In this document: in pieces, positions 1 through 7,290 of the stretch | Position numbering within the stretch: position 1 is the first letter of the stretch | Layout: every line of letters starts with the position of its first letter | IMG/VR virus record: IMGVR_UViG_3300037408_000622 | Location: 1 to 28,429 of that record | Source: a virus | Lineage: Duplodnaviria > Caudoviricetes | Direction: 5' to 3' (one strand) | Length of the DNA stretch: 28,429 bases | The notes under the pieces: generated by a model | Told to the model about the DNA's origin: nothing | Seen by the model: the letters and a program-made list of their open reading frames with translations, nothing else | Databases searched by the model: none | Made by a program: the position numbers and the translations under genes

Positions 1-1
1 C

Positions 2-418
2 CTTGGTCCAGGCCTCCTCGAGGTAGCGGATGTGCGCGGCCTCGTCGACCACGACCCGGGCGTAGCGCCGGCCGCGGGCGACCTCCTTGTCCTCGCCCAT
101 GGCCCAGAAGTCGAGCGTCGAGCCGGTGACGAACCGCATGCGCCCGGCCTGGCGGTTCTTGTACTCGACCAGGCCGGCCAGGCGGGCCAGGATCTCGTCC
201 CACACGTCGTCGACGTAGCGCGAGCTCGGCGCGAACCAGCCGGCCGGGTAGCCGGCCGGATCGAGCAGATTCTTCGGCCCGGTCAGCAGGCGGTGGATGC
301 CGAACTTCGTCTTGCCCCAGCGCCGGCCGCAGGTGAGGACGTTGTACCGGCTGCAGTTGTCCGCCACGGTCTTCTGGCCCGGATGCAGGATCGGCAGCCG
401 GACGCGGATCTCAGCCAC
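2..418 (-). CDS. terL: Terminase large subunit, N-terminal ATPase part (runs off the window edge)
   Basis: Hand translation from GTG 418 gives VAEIRVRLPILHPGQ...NVLTCGRRWGKT (Walker A) ...RGRRYARVVVDEAA (Walker B). The start overlaps the end of terS. Confidence 0.92.
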   Translation of the reverse strand, partial: MAEIRVRLPILHPGQKTVADNCSRYNVLTCGRRWGKTKFGIHRLLTGPKNLLDPAGYPAGWFAPSSRYVDDVWDEILARLAGLVEYKNRQAGRMRFVTGSTLDFWAMGEDKEVARGRRYARVVVDEAAHIRYLEEAWTK

Positions 419-815
419 TGGAGCCCTCGTAGACGTGCTCGACGATGATGCGGGTGGTGGCGTCGACGCGGTCGATGAAGTCACCGCTCGACTTGCCGAG
501 CAGCTCGGAGGCCTTGAGGCGGTCGGCCCACTTCGGCGGGTTGCCGTCGCCGTCGGCGCCCTCGCCGCGCAGCACGGCGGACCAGAACCGGCGGCGCTCC
601 TCGGCGGTGGCGATGCGGCGGTCGTGGTCGGGTTTCGCGAGCGCCTTGATGGCGTCCCGCACCCTGGCATTTCCTAGCAGTCGCGCGCCCTCCGGGTCGG
701 GCCGCGCGTAGCCTGCTGTTTTCGCCGCCTGCAGCGCGTTCCCGCCGTTCGCAACGTACTCCTCGACGAAGCGCTGCCGCTTCGGTGTCAGGCCGTCCTT
801 GCCGGCCCGTAGCAC
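411..815 (-). CDS. terS: Terminase small subunit
   Basis: LTPKRQRFVEEY..NALQAAKTAGY HTH and RLKASELLGK motif. GTG 815 follows a GAGGGGAGG RBS; the gene is directly upstream of terL. Confidence 0.9.
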   Translation of the reverse strand: MLRAGKDGLTPKRQRFVEEYVANGGNALQAAKTAGYARPDPEGARLLGNARVRDAIKALAKPDHDRRIATAEERRRFWSAVLRGEGADGDGNPPKWADRLKASELLGKSSGDFIDRVDATTRIIVEHVYEGSSG

Positions 816-816
816 G

Positions 817-951
817 TCACGCCCTCCCCTCGTCGGTGCCGGGCTCGTAGGCGAACAGGTCGCACCTGGCCGCGGCCTTGGTCCGGTCGCGGACACACCA
901 CAGCAAGCCAGTGGCCAGGCGGATCGCGTAGCGGCAGGAGAGGCAGGTCAT
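817..951 (-). CDS. Small Cys-rich protein (44 aa)
   Basis: MTCLSCRY...WC...RCDLF. ATGA overlap with the upstream gene; fills the gap to terS. Confidence 0.6.
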   Translation of the reverse strand: MTCLSCRYAIRLATGLLWCVRDRTKAAARCDLFAYEPGTDEGRA

Positions 952-1592
952 GCGGCATCCTCGTCCGACGGCGCGGCGAGACGGATCACTTTCGCGGCCG
1001 GTCGCAACCCGACTGCCGGGGCTGACGACCCTCCGGCGATCACCCGCTTTGCGGCCGACTGGTCGCCGATGAGCACGGGAGCCGGGATGGTTTTGCCGGT
1101 GCGAGCGTTGTGCGCCTCGCTGATGCCGATCAGCACGCGGGGGTAATCCCGGCTGGCGAGGCGGCTGCGGTATCCGCGGTAACGGGTCTCGAACTCCCGG
1201 GCGACGAACGGCCACTCGTCCTCGGTGCGGGAGCCCAGGCCGATCCAGCCGCCCATGTCCTGCACGACGACGTGGATCAGCGGGTCGTCGAACGCCACGG
1301 ACTGGTACGTGCCGACGTGGCGGATGGCGCGGTCGACCTTTGCCCAAGCCCGCAGGGCGGTGTCTTGGGTCGACCCCTGCAGCATGCGGGTGATGTCAGC
1401 GATGCGCGGCATGAACTGGCCGGCATCGGGGTTGCGCATGTGGCGGTTGATGGCATCACGCACGGCATCGAGGTCGTACTCCTCGAGGCCCTGCCAGTAC
1501 ATGCCGATCAGGCCGTCGCTGATCTCGCGGCCGTAGTACTCGCCGAGCATTGCGAGCATGGCCGCGAACGCCGGCTTGTCCTGGGGCGTCAT
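948..1592 (-). CDS. DUF6475-type protein, probable helicase loader (lambda P position)
   Basis: Sequence MTPQDKPAFAAML..YYGRE..YWQGL..FMPRIADI..AWAKV..FDDPLIH..MGGW. ATGA-coupled immediately downstream of the initiator. Confidence 0.7.
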   Translation of the reverse strand: MTPQDKPAFAAMLAMLGEYYGREISDGLIGMYWQGLEEYDLDAVRDAINRHMRNPDAGQFMPRIADITRMLQGSTQDTALRAWAKVDRAIRHVGTYQSVAFDDPLIHVVVQDMGGWIGLGSRTEDEWPFVAREFETRYRGYRSRLASRDYPRVLIGISEAHNARTGKTIPAPVLIGDQSAAKRVIAGGSSAPAVGLRPAAKVIRLAAPSDEDAA

Positions 1593-2542
1593 GCGGATGC
1601 CTCCTGCGCTTCGAGCCATCGCTGTGCGACGGCCATGTTGCGTTGGCCGACTGAGGTGAGCGCGACGATCTGGGCACGCGGCGGCTCGTCGAGCCAGCGT
1701 TGCTGGCGCAGGTAGGTCGCGGGGTTCGGGACGAACTGGCCGTTGTCGCGGGTCCACTGGTCGCTTTCGCGCTGCCACTGCAGGGCAGCCAGGACGGTCC
1801 GCAGGGTGTCGGCTGGTCGCGGTAGGCGAAGCCAGGCCTTACGGGCCGCCTCCTTGCCGACCTTGCGGGGGTAGGCCGCCCAGAACGCCGAGAACGGGTC
1901 CGGGGGTTTTTCGTCGTCGCCGCCGCCGTCAGGCGGCAAAGGGGGTAAGGGGGTTTCCCCCTTTTCTGGTTCTTGGGTAGTGGGTAGTGGGTACTGGGTA
2001 GCCGTTGCAGGTCCGTTGCAGCACTCTACCTGTTCGCGTTGCAGGTCCGTTGCGGGTCCGTTGCAGCACTCTACCTGTTCGCGTTGCAGGTCCGTTGCGG
2101 GTCCGTTGCGGATCCGTTTGTGCAGTGCTCGCAAGTCTGTAATTGGCGTGTCCCATTTCGGCGTTATCCCACGCTCGCGGAGTTCCCCGAAAAGCCGCGA
2201 CCGCTCCTCTCGATGCCGCCGCATGCGCTCTGTCTCGTGCGCCTGCTTTTGTGCGCGCTCGTCATCGCCCTGGTGATACCGCGCGATTTCCTCGTCACAC
2301 CGCTTCTGGCGCCATCCGTCCGCGGCCTGGACGAAGAACTCCGACAGGACGACTTTGACTGCCTGGCGCTCCTGCTTGGTGACTGCGCGGACCAGGCGGC
2401 AGGCTTGTGCCACGTCGGCCGGGATGGGTTTCTCGGTGCGGTAGTAGAGGCGGATCAGGCGGCCGTACACCGCCTCCTCGAGCAGCGACAGGTGAGCGGT
2501 GGCCGAGTCCCAGTCGCCGATGTGGTGCTCGTAGAAGTTCAT
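1589..2542 (-). CDS. Replication initiator, YdaU/DUF1376 family (O-like)
   Basis: N-terminus MNFYEHHIGDW..TAHLSLLEEAVYGRLIRLYY; C-terminus FSAFWAAYPRKVGK..PNPATYL..RWLDE; internal iteron repeats. Confidence 0.88.
   Translation of the reverse strand: MNFYEHHIGDWDSATAHLSLLEEAVYGRLIRLYYRTEKPIPADVAQACRLVRAVTKQERQAVKVVLSEFFVQAADGWRQKRCDEEIARYHQGDDERAQKQAHETERMRRHREERSRLFGELRERGITPKWDTPITDLRALHKRIRNGPATDLQREQVECCNGPATDLQREQVECCNGPATATQYPLPTTQEPEKGETPLPPLPPDGGGDDEKPPDPFSAFWAAYPRKVGKEAARKAWLRLPRPADTLRTVLAALQWQRESDQWTRDNGQFVPNPATYLRQQRWLDEPPRAQIVALTSVGQRNMAVAQRWLEAQEASA
1974..2118. repeat. Iteron array, probable phage replication origin inside the initiator gene
   Basis: TGGGTAS x4 (1974-2001), then two 45-bp units (2002-2046, 2047-2091) and a partial third. 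These carry about 8 copies of CGTTGCRG, mostly at 11-bp spacing. Confidence 0.8.
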
Positions 2543-3066
2543 CCAAGGTACTCCTCGACATCGTCCTGGGACCGCGCGACGAAAGCGACGCCGCCACCGC
2601 ACCGGACCTGATTCAGAAACAGCTCCTGCTCCGGTCGCAGCCGGCCGCTGCGGGTCTTGCACTCCACGCACAGGATGGCGCCGCCGTACTCGGCCTTGAG
2701 CTGGCCGATGAGGTCTGGCGCACCGCGCCACCCGAAGCGGATCCACTGCGACGCGCCACCGTCGGCGAACTTCAACTGGCCGGCGCCGCTGTTCATGCGT
2801 TCCACCCAGTGGACTTTCGGGTGGACGCGCAGGCGTTTGAGGACGGCATTCAGGACCGCGGCCTCGGGGGCTTCGGGCGCATTGAGCCGAAAGCGGCCTC
2901 CACGGCCTTTCGGACTGCCTTGGCGCTGGCGTAGTGGTCCCTGCGCGCCAGCAGCGCCAGGACGGTCGCTCTGCGGCTCCTGGACGGCTGTGACAGGATC
3001 AGCCGCACCGCGCAGCAGGTCCGGGTGAGATCGAAGATCGGCCGCTGTCCAGCGCACAGCTCGCAC
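2539..3066 (-). CDS. VRR-NUC (PD-(D/E)xK) nuclease
   Basis: E..VL...RMNSG...GAPDLIG...CVECKT.SGRLRPEQ..F....GGVAFVARS. The start codon is less certain. Confidence 0.85.
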   Translation of the reverse strand: MRAVRWTAADLRSHPDLLRGAADPVTAVQEPQSDRPGAAGAQGPLRQRQGSPKGRGGRFRLNAPEAPEAAVLNAVLKRLRVHPKVHWVERMNSGAGQLKFADGGASQWIRFGWRGAPDLIGQLKAEYGGAILCVECKTRSGRLRPEQELFLNQVRCGGGVAFVARSQDDVEEYLG

Positions 3067-3273
3067 TCAGTCCCCGTCAAGCTCCGGCCTCGGCACCCGT
3101 CGGGTATCACCGCGCCTTGCCAGTTCCTCGAAGTAGGCCGCATTCCTGCGCTGCCGCGCGCTGCCGTGCTTGGCCGCCTGGCGCCAGGGTGAGTTCTGCG
3201 AGTTCTGCTTGTTCAGCCGCGTCCAGTCGGACGCAGTGAACTTCTCGATCGGCGCTTTGGGTTTGGTGGGCAT
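3067..3273 (-). CDS. Hypothetical basic protein (68 aa)
   Basis: ORF tightly packed between its neighbours (TGATG and TGA-GTG junctions). Confidence 0.6.
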   Translation of the reverse strand: MPTKPKAPIEKFTASDWTRLNKQNSQNSPWRQAAKHGSARQRRNAAYFEELARRGDTRRVPRPELDGD

Positions 3274-3503
3274 CAGCGGTACGTCCTGCCGTGCGCGGTG
3301 AAGTACTCGCGGTCCTTGGCGCAGCCGGCGCAGGTGGCGAACCCGTAAGTGATCCTTACCGGTTCGATGGCGCCGCCGCAGTCCTCGCAGATCGTGAACG
3401 TGGCGTGGCGGCCGAGCGCGGTACGCGCCAGCGCCGCGGCGCGCTCGAGCTGCGCGGCGAACTGCACCTCGATGGCGAGTTGGGCGCGGTCGGCGTCGTC
3501 CAT
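3273..3503 (-). CDS. TraR/DksA C4 zinc-finger protein
   Basis: MDDADRAQ N-terminal DxxD helix and CEDCG..IEPVR....TCAGC. ATG 3503 overlaps the upstream stop. Confidence 0.85.
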   Translation of the reverse strand: MDDADRAQLAIEVQFAAQLERAAALARTALGRHATFTICEDCGGAIEPVRITYGFATCAGCAKDREYFTAHGRTYR

Positions 3504-3736
3504 CAGTCGTCCCTTCCTTTCCCCAGGAATCCCGCGCGCATCAGCCGCTCGGCTGCCAGCCTCATGGTGTGAACGCGACCGAGCAGGGCTTCCGTCAGCA
3601 GCTCGCGGGCGACCACGGTCAGCTCGCGTTGCTGACCCTTGGCGACCACCTCGAGCGCCGACATGGCGTCCTCGGACAGGCGGACGTGCAGGTCCGGTTT
3701 GGGCAGGCTCACGGCATCCGCCAGATCGAACTCCAT
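3503..3736 (-). CDS. Small regulator in the cII position (ribbon-helix-helix-like)
   Basis: DLHVRLSEDAMSALEVVAK...LTVVARELLTEAL strand-helix-helix pattern; lies downstream of cro. Alternative start GTG 3712. Confidence 0.6.
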   Translation of the reverse strand: MEFDLADAVSLPKPDLHVRLSEDAMSALEVVAKGQQRELTVVARELLTEALLGRVHTMRLAAERLMRAGFLGKGRDD

Positions 3737-3764
3737 CGCACGCCCTTGTTGTTGTTTGTGGCGC

Positions 3765-3796
3765 AAGAAAGTCCCCGGCCCGTGGAGGCGCCGGGG
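3765..3796 (-). terminator. tR1-like intrinsic terminator
   Basis: CCCCGGC/GCCGGGG stem followed on the minus strand by ACTTTCTT, between cro and the cII-position gene. Confidence 0.5.
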
Positions 3797-4040
3797 GAAT
3801 CACTCAACCAAGGAGGAGATGCGTGCCCGAAACTGGTCGCGGGGGGTGAACCCGCGGCACCGCCTCGGAGCCGGGCGGCCTGTTGGGGGTCGATGCCCGA
3901 TCGGCCCAGGACGGAGGGGTCGGACGGGAGTTGCATGCAACCCGTGACCGAGCATCGACGGAAAGGGCGGAGCCCGCCGTCACGCCGCCGGGTTGGGGCG
4001 CGGCTCCCACCCCTCGGCACGATGGCGGTCTCCAGAGAAC

Positions 4041-4286
4041 TCACGCCGCGCGCTCCCTCACCTCCGGCGGCAGGCCGTCGTCGGGGTTGGGGTAGAGGTC
4101 GGGCCGCAGTTCGTGCGGTGTCACGCGCCAGCCCGTGGCAGCGGCTATCTCGATCGCGCGCGTCGGCGGGATGTCGCGGATGCCGACGGTCAGCTGGTAG
4201 AGGTACGTGCCGGCGATGCCGAGCCGCTTCGCGAACGCCGTCTTGCCGCCAGGCGGCAGGGCGTCGAGGTAGGTGCGCAGGTTCAT
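4041..4286 (-). CDS. cro: Cro-like repressor (YdaS type)
   Basis: GKTAFAKRLGI..TYLYQ..G.R.IP..RA..I..AT...VT.HELRPDLY; divergent from cI. Confidence 0.9.
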   Translation of the reverse strand: MNLRTYLDALPPGGKTAFAKRLGIAGTYLYQLTVGIRDIPPTRAIEIAAATGWRVTPHELRPDLYPNPDDGLPPEVRERAA

Positions 4287-4293
4287 GCCACAG

Positions 4294-4365
4294 AAAGTAG
4301 CAAACTGCTACCCGACTCGCAATAGCATTCTGCGCCTCGGTAGCGCCCTAGCAAATTGCTACGGT
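4294..4365. promoter_or_regulatory. OR operators with divergent PR and PRM promoters
   Basis: Operators: GTAGCAAACTGCTAC 4297-4311, TAGCATTCTGCGC 4323-4335, TAGCAAATTGCTA 4349-4361. PR (minus) is TTGCGA-17-TACTTT. PRM (plus) is an extended -10, TGcTACGGT 4357-4365. Confidence 0.8.
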
Positions 4366-4371
4366 GCGCAT

Positions 4372-4794
4372 ATGGCAACCATGCGTGAAATTCGGCGGGC
4401 AAACCTCTGCCGGCTCCTGGAGTCCTGGCCTACCCAGAAGGTGTTCGCCGAGGCCAACGGGCTTGCTGCTGGGCATGTCAGCCAGATGGTCAATGGCACT
4501 CGGGAGGTGGGCGAGAACGTCGCCAGGCGCATCGAGTCCTCGCGCGGCCTGCCGACCGGCTGGATGGACACCCCGCACGACGAGCCCTCCTCCCCCACCG
4601 CGCGCCTGGTAGGAAAGATCTACTCCGCCCCGGGGGTGGGGATAGACAGCCGCATCGCTGACTTGCTGACCCGAGCTAGCCCGAAATCCCAGGGCGCACT
4701 TGAACGCATCGCTCAGGCCGCGGCAGCGGGGAAGCTGACTGAGGCTGATCTCGAGCTGCTGGAGCAGATCGCGAAACGGTTCGAGGCGAAGTGA
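4372..4794 (+). CDS. cI: CI-like repressor (XRE HTH, no S24 peptidase domain)
   Basis: REIRRANL..L....TQKVFAEANGL..GHVSQMVNG.R.VGENVARRIE...GLP.GWMD; divergent from cro across the operators. Confidence 0.88.
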   Translation: MATMREIRRANLCRLLESWPTQKVFAEANGLAAGHVSQMVNGTREVGENVARRIESSRGLPTGWMDTPHDEPSSPTARLVGKIYSAPGVGIDSRIADLLTRASPKSQGALERIAQAAAAGKLTEADLELLEQIAKRFEAK

Positions 4795-5510
4795 CGATGG
4801 ACGACCTGGTGCTCGGGCGGGTGCTGCTGCGCACGCCGCTGGCGGCGGACGTGAAGGGCATCAACCTGACCTGGTCCGGCATCGTCGGTACCGCCTCTGG
4901 GCCGCTCGGCGCGTTCCTCAAGGCCCTGCCGCCCCGCGAGCTGATGGTCGAGTGTCTCTGCGCGCTGCTCGGGCGCACCGTCGGCCTGCCGATACCGCGG
5001 CCGATCGTTGCCGCGGATGACGAGCTCGGCATCCTGTTCGGAGCGGAGCGGGTTTCCCACCCGGACCTGCGCCACACCACGCTGCCATCAGTGGTCTGGG
5101 AAGAGCACCTCGCCAATTGGAAGACACTGCCCAGGGCCTCGGCTTTCGACGGCTGGATCGCCAACAGCGACCGCCATTGGGGCAATCTCCTGACTGACGG
5201 CACCGGCGAGTTCTGGCTGATCGACCATGGTCTCGCCCTGCCGCCAGGGCTCGCCCCGGATGCCGCAATGCAGAACCTGCTTCTACAGGTCCTGAGGGCC
5301 GCCGCGACCGACGATCTCAAGCGGCGGCGCGCGCTGAATGGACTGAGCACCGCGGTGGAGTCGTTCGACTCGGGTACCGTCACCGCGTGCGCTGCGCAGC
5401 TGCCGAACTGTCCGCCGGAACTGCTCGCGTTCCTCGAAGGGCGCTATCCTCATCTCTGGTGCCTGCTGCGCACGGAGATGACCGGCAACCATGAACTTCC
5501 CGGCTTTTGA
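4791..5510 (+). CDS. HipA-like (PI3/4K-fold) Ser/Thr kinase
   Basis: G-loop KGIN, FLK lysine, ELMVECLCALLG..VGLPIP, catalytic FDGWIANSDRHWGNLL and WLIDHG. The GTG start overlaps the cI stop. Confidence 0.85.
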   Translation: MTMDDLVLGRVLLRTPLAADVKGINLTWSGIVGTASGPLGAFLKALPPRELMVECLCALLGRTVGLPIPRPIVAADDELGILFGAERVSHPDLRHTTLPSVVWEEHLANWKTLPRASAFDGWIANSDRHWGNLLTDGTGEFWLIDHGLALPPGLAPDAAMQNLLLQVLRAAATDDLKRRRALNGLSTAVESFDSGTVTACAAQLPNCPPELLAFLEGRYPHLWCLLRTEMTGNHELPGF

Positions 5511-6339
5511 TTTCCCGCCAGGGCCTGGCCACGAGTTCCGCGGCGCGCCGGTGTACCTCGAGCCCATGATGGGCAGCGGCGAGCGACTCGCCATTGCCGC
5601 CGCGGTCACCGGCCAGTCGATGTATGCCGTCGAAGGGCTGGTCAGGCCTGAGACCGCGGAGTGCCTCTACGGTGCCAAGGCGCCGGCCTTCCTCGGCCTC
5701 GTCGAGGCAATCACCCGATCGCTGCATGATCACATCGAGCACAACCGCGCGTTGTCGGAGTGGGCTCCGCCTATGACGGGTGTCGCGATCGGCGAGGTCC
5801 GCTCGATTCGCGCCCACAATGCTACGCAGGCCCTGGCCGCGGTCGCCCAGCTGCACGCGAGCCTGTGCTACCTGCCCGCGCTCGCCAGCGCCGAGGACGA
5901 GCCGACCGAAAGCCGCACTGACACGACGCTGACGGCCTGGACGCGCGACGTGCAGGAGCGCACGGCCTCGCGGTTGCCGGCGGGGGCGCTGGAGTTCAAC
6001 GTGCGGGTACCGGTCGCTCCGGGCGACATCGTGGTCGTCCCGCTCGTCCGCCAGCGGCGGGCGACGTTCATCGGGCTGATCAGTCCCGTCCAGCTCACCC
6101 AGCGGGTGCGCGACGCCAAGTACAAGCTGTGGAACCTGCACCTGCTGGCGCAGCGGTACGACCAGCGTGAGCTGCTGCTTGGTGTGCCGAGTCCGGAGGC
6201 GCCTGACCTCTCGGACCAGAAGACGCGCGAGCGCGTGTTCGGCAGCATCGCGGCGCTGAAGGCCGAGGCGGGCCAGAGTGACATCCTGATCCATACCGCC
6301 GAGACGGCCGACCAAGCGGCGGAGTTGCTGGCGGCTTGA
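5491..6339 (+). CDS. Kinase partner, DUF3037-like N-terminus
   Basis: VYLEPMMGSGERLAIA resembles the YxP..sGEr.niG start of proteins encoded next to HipA-like kinases. Overlaps the kinase by 20 bp. Confidence 0.6.
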   Translation: MNFPAFDFPPGPGHEFRGAPVYLEPMMGSGERLAIAAAVTGQSMYAVEGLVRPETAECLYGAKAPAFLGLVEAITRSLHDHIEHNRALSEWAPPMTGVAIGEVRSIRAHNATQALAAVAQLHASLCYLPALASAEDEPTESRTDTTLTAWTRDVQERTASRLPAGALEFNVRVPVAPGDIVVVPLVRQRRATFIGLISPVQLTQRVRDAKYKLWNLHLLAQRYDQRELLLGVPSPEAPDLSDQKTRERVFGSIAALKAEAGQSDILIHTAETADQAAELLAA

Positions 6340-6351
6340 TTGGAGGCCTTT

Positions 6352-6558
6352 ATGAAGCGGTTCGTTGCGCTGCTATTAACGACGGTCCTCGCGGGCGGGG
6401 CTGCTGGTTACCCATTAGTTGTGCCGTCCGACGCCAAAGCCTCCTTTGACGTGCTGGAAAAGGGCGCGCTCGGTGAGTGGAGAACGATCATCACGAAACG
6501 AACCGGGCCAAGCGGTACGACCTACTCGCAACGCGCCTACGACTGTCGCGGCAGCACT
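6352..6558 (+). pseudogene. Signal-peptide protein, apparently truncated by the hicAB block
   Basis: GGAGG RBS and MKRFVALLLTTVLAGGAAG signal peptide. Protein-like to YDCRGST, after which the frame reads antisense through hicB to 6753. Confidence 0.5.
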
Positions 6559-6575
6559 AGCTGCGCTCCATTACC

Positions 6576-6911
6576 TCATCCGCCTTGCGCGGCGTCCGCC
6601 AGCACCTTGGTGGCCCACTGGTTCAGGCTCTTGCCCGAGGCCTGGGCCGCCACCAGCGCGGCGCTGTGGACTTCCGGCGGCACGCGCAGCATCAGCTTGC
6701 CGCTCGCCGGCTTCTGTGGCGACCGCCCGGTGGCAGCGCAGTCTGCCAGGTAGAACTCGATGGCGTTGTGGAAGTCGGCCGTCAGCGCCGCGACGGTGTC
6801 GCCCTCGAAGGTGATGCCGTCGTCCACGCCGAGCACCTTCCCCCAGAACGTGTTGTCGCGGTCGTCGAATTCGACGCGGGCGGTATAGCCCTTGTAGGTC
6901 AGGGTGTTCAT
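6576..6911 (-). CDS. hicB: HicB antitoxin
   Basis: LTYKGYTARVEFD..D..FWGKVLG..D.ITFEG...F..AIE.YL..C...G..PQKPASGKLMLRVPPEVH..A...G.SLNQW. Confidence 0.95.
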   Translation of the reverse strand: MNTLTYKGYTARVEFDDRDNTFWGKVLGVDDGITFEGDTVAALTADFHNAIEFYLADCAATGRSPQKPASGKLMLRVPPEVHSAALVAAQASGKSLNQWATKVLADAAQGG

Positions 6912-7162
6912 GGCGTCACTCCGTTCGCCTCGAGCCAGAGGCGGATTTCCTCGATCTGGTATTTCTTCGCCTCTTTGCCGGGATGCGGCCGGTGGGCGTG
7001 GTGAACCGAGTCGCCGAGCTGCAGGGCGACTCGCGACCCGGCGCCTTCGCGTACCGCTCCGCCCAACGCCACGACCAGCGCTTCGATGTCCGAGAACTTC
7101 AGCGAGCCGACCGTCGGGCGGGCGAAGAGGGTTTCGAGCGTCTTGCGGTGCCGGCGGTTCAC
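6908..7162 (-). CDS. hicA: HicA mRNase toxin
   Basis: RHRKTL..LF..P....LKFSDIEAL..ALG...REGAGSRV......HRPHP.KE.K.YQ; ATGA overlap with hicB. Confidence 0.93.
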   Translation of the reverse strand: MNRRHRKTLETLFARPTVGSLKFSDIEALVVALGGAVREGAGSRVALQLGDSVHHAHRPHPGKEAKKYQIEEIRLWLEANGVTP

Positions 7163-7169
7163 GGGGCTA

Positions 7170-7198
7170 ACGATAGCGGATTCTGCTATCGCTTGCAA
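7170..7198 (-). promoter_or_regulatory. hicAB promoter with palindromic operator
   Basis: TTGCAA-17-TATCGT ends 7 nt before the GTG. Palindrome CGATAGC-N7-GCTATCG (7171-7191) covers the spacer and -10. Confidence 0.7.
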
Positions 7199-7214
7199 GC
7201 ATAAACAGCTAGCA

Positions 7215-7251
7215 CTTTGTCAACTTCGCGGCGCGGCTTTGTCAACTTCGC
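7215..7251. repeat. 15-bp direct repeat CTTTGTCAACTTCGC x2
   Basis: Exact copies at 7215-7229 and 7237-7251; each contains TTGACA on the minus strand. Confidence 0.85.
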
Positions 7252-7290
7252 CGGCGGTTTTGGAAAGGCGGCGCGCGGCTGGAGCGGGGC

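Noticed and set aside
2002-2113. 45-bp repeats as a CRISPR array
   Set aside because: The units are contiguous with no unique spacers, lie in frame inside the initiator gene, and there are no cas genes. Iterons fit better.
2850-3143. Cys-containing alternative ORF over the VRR-NUC 5' region
   Set aside because: It overlaps two genes that already abut exactly (TGA-GTG at 3069-3064). Not fully excluded, but unsupported.
4287-4371. LexA/SOS box in the immunity switch
   Set aside because: No CTGT-N8-ACAG was seen; the palindromes are the phage's own operators.
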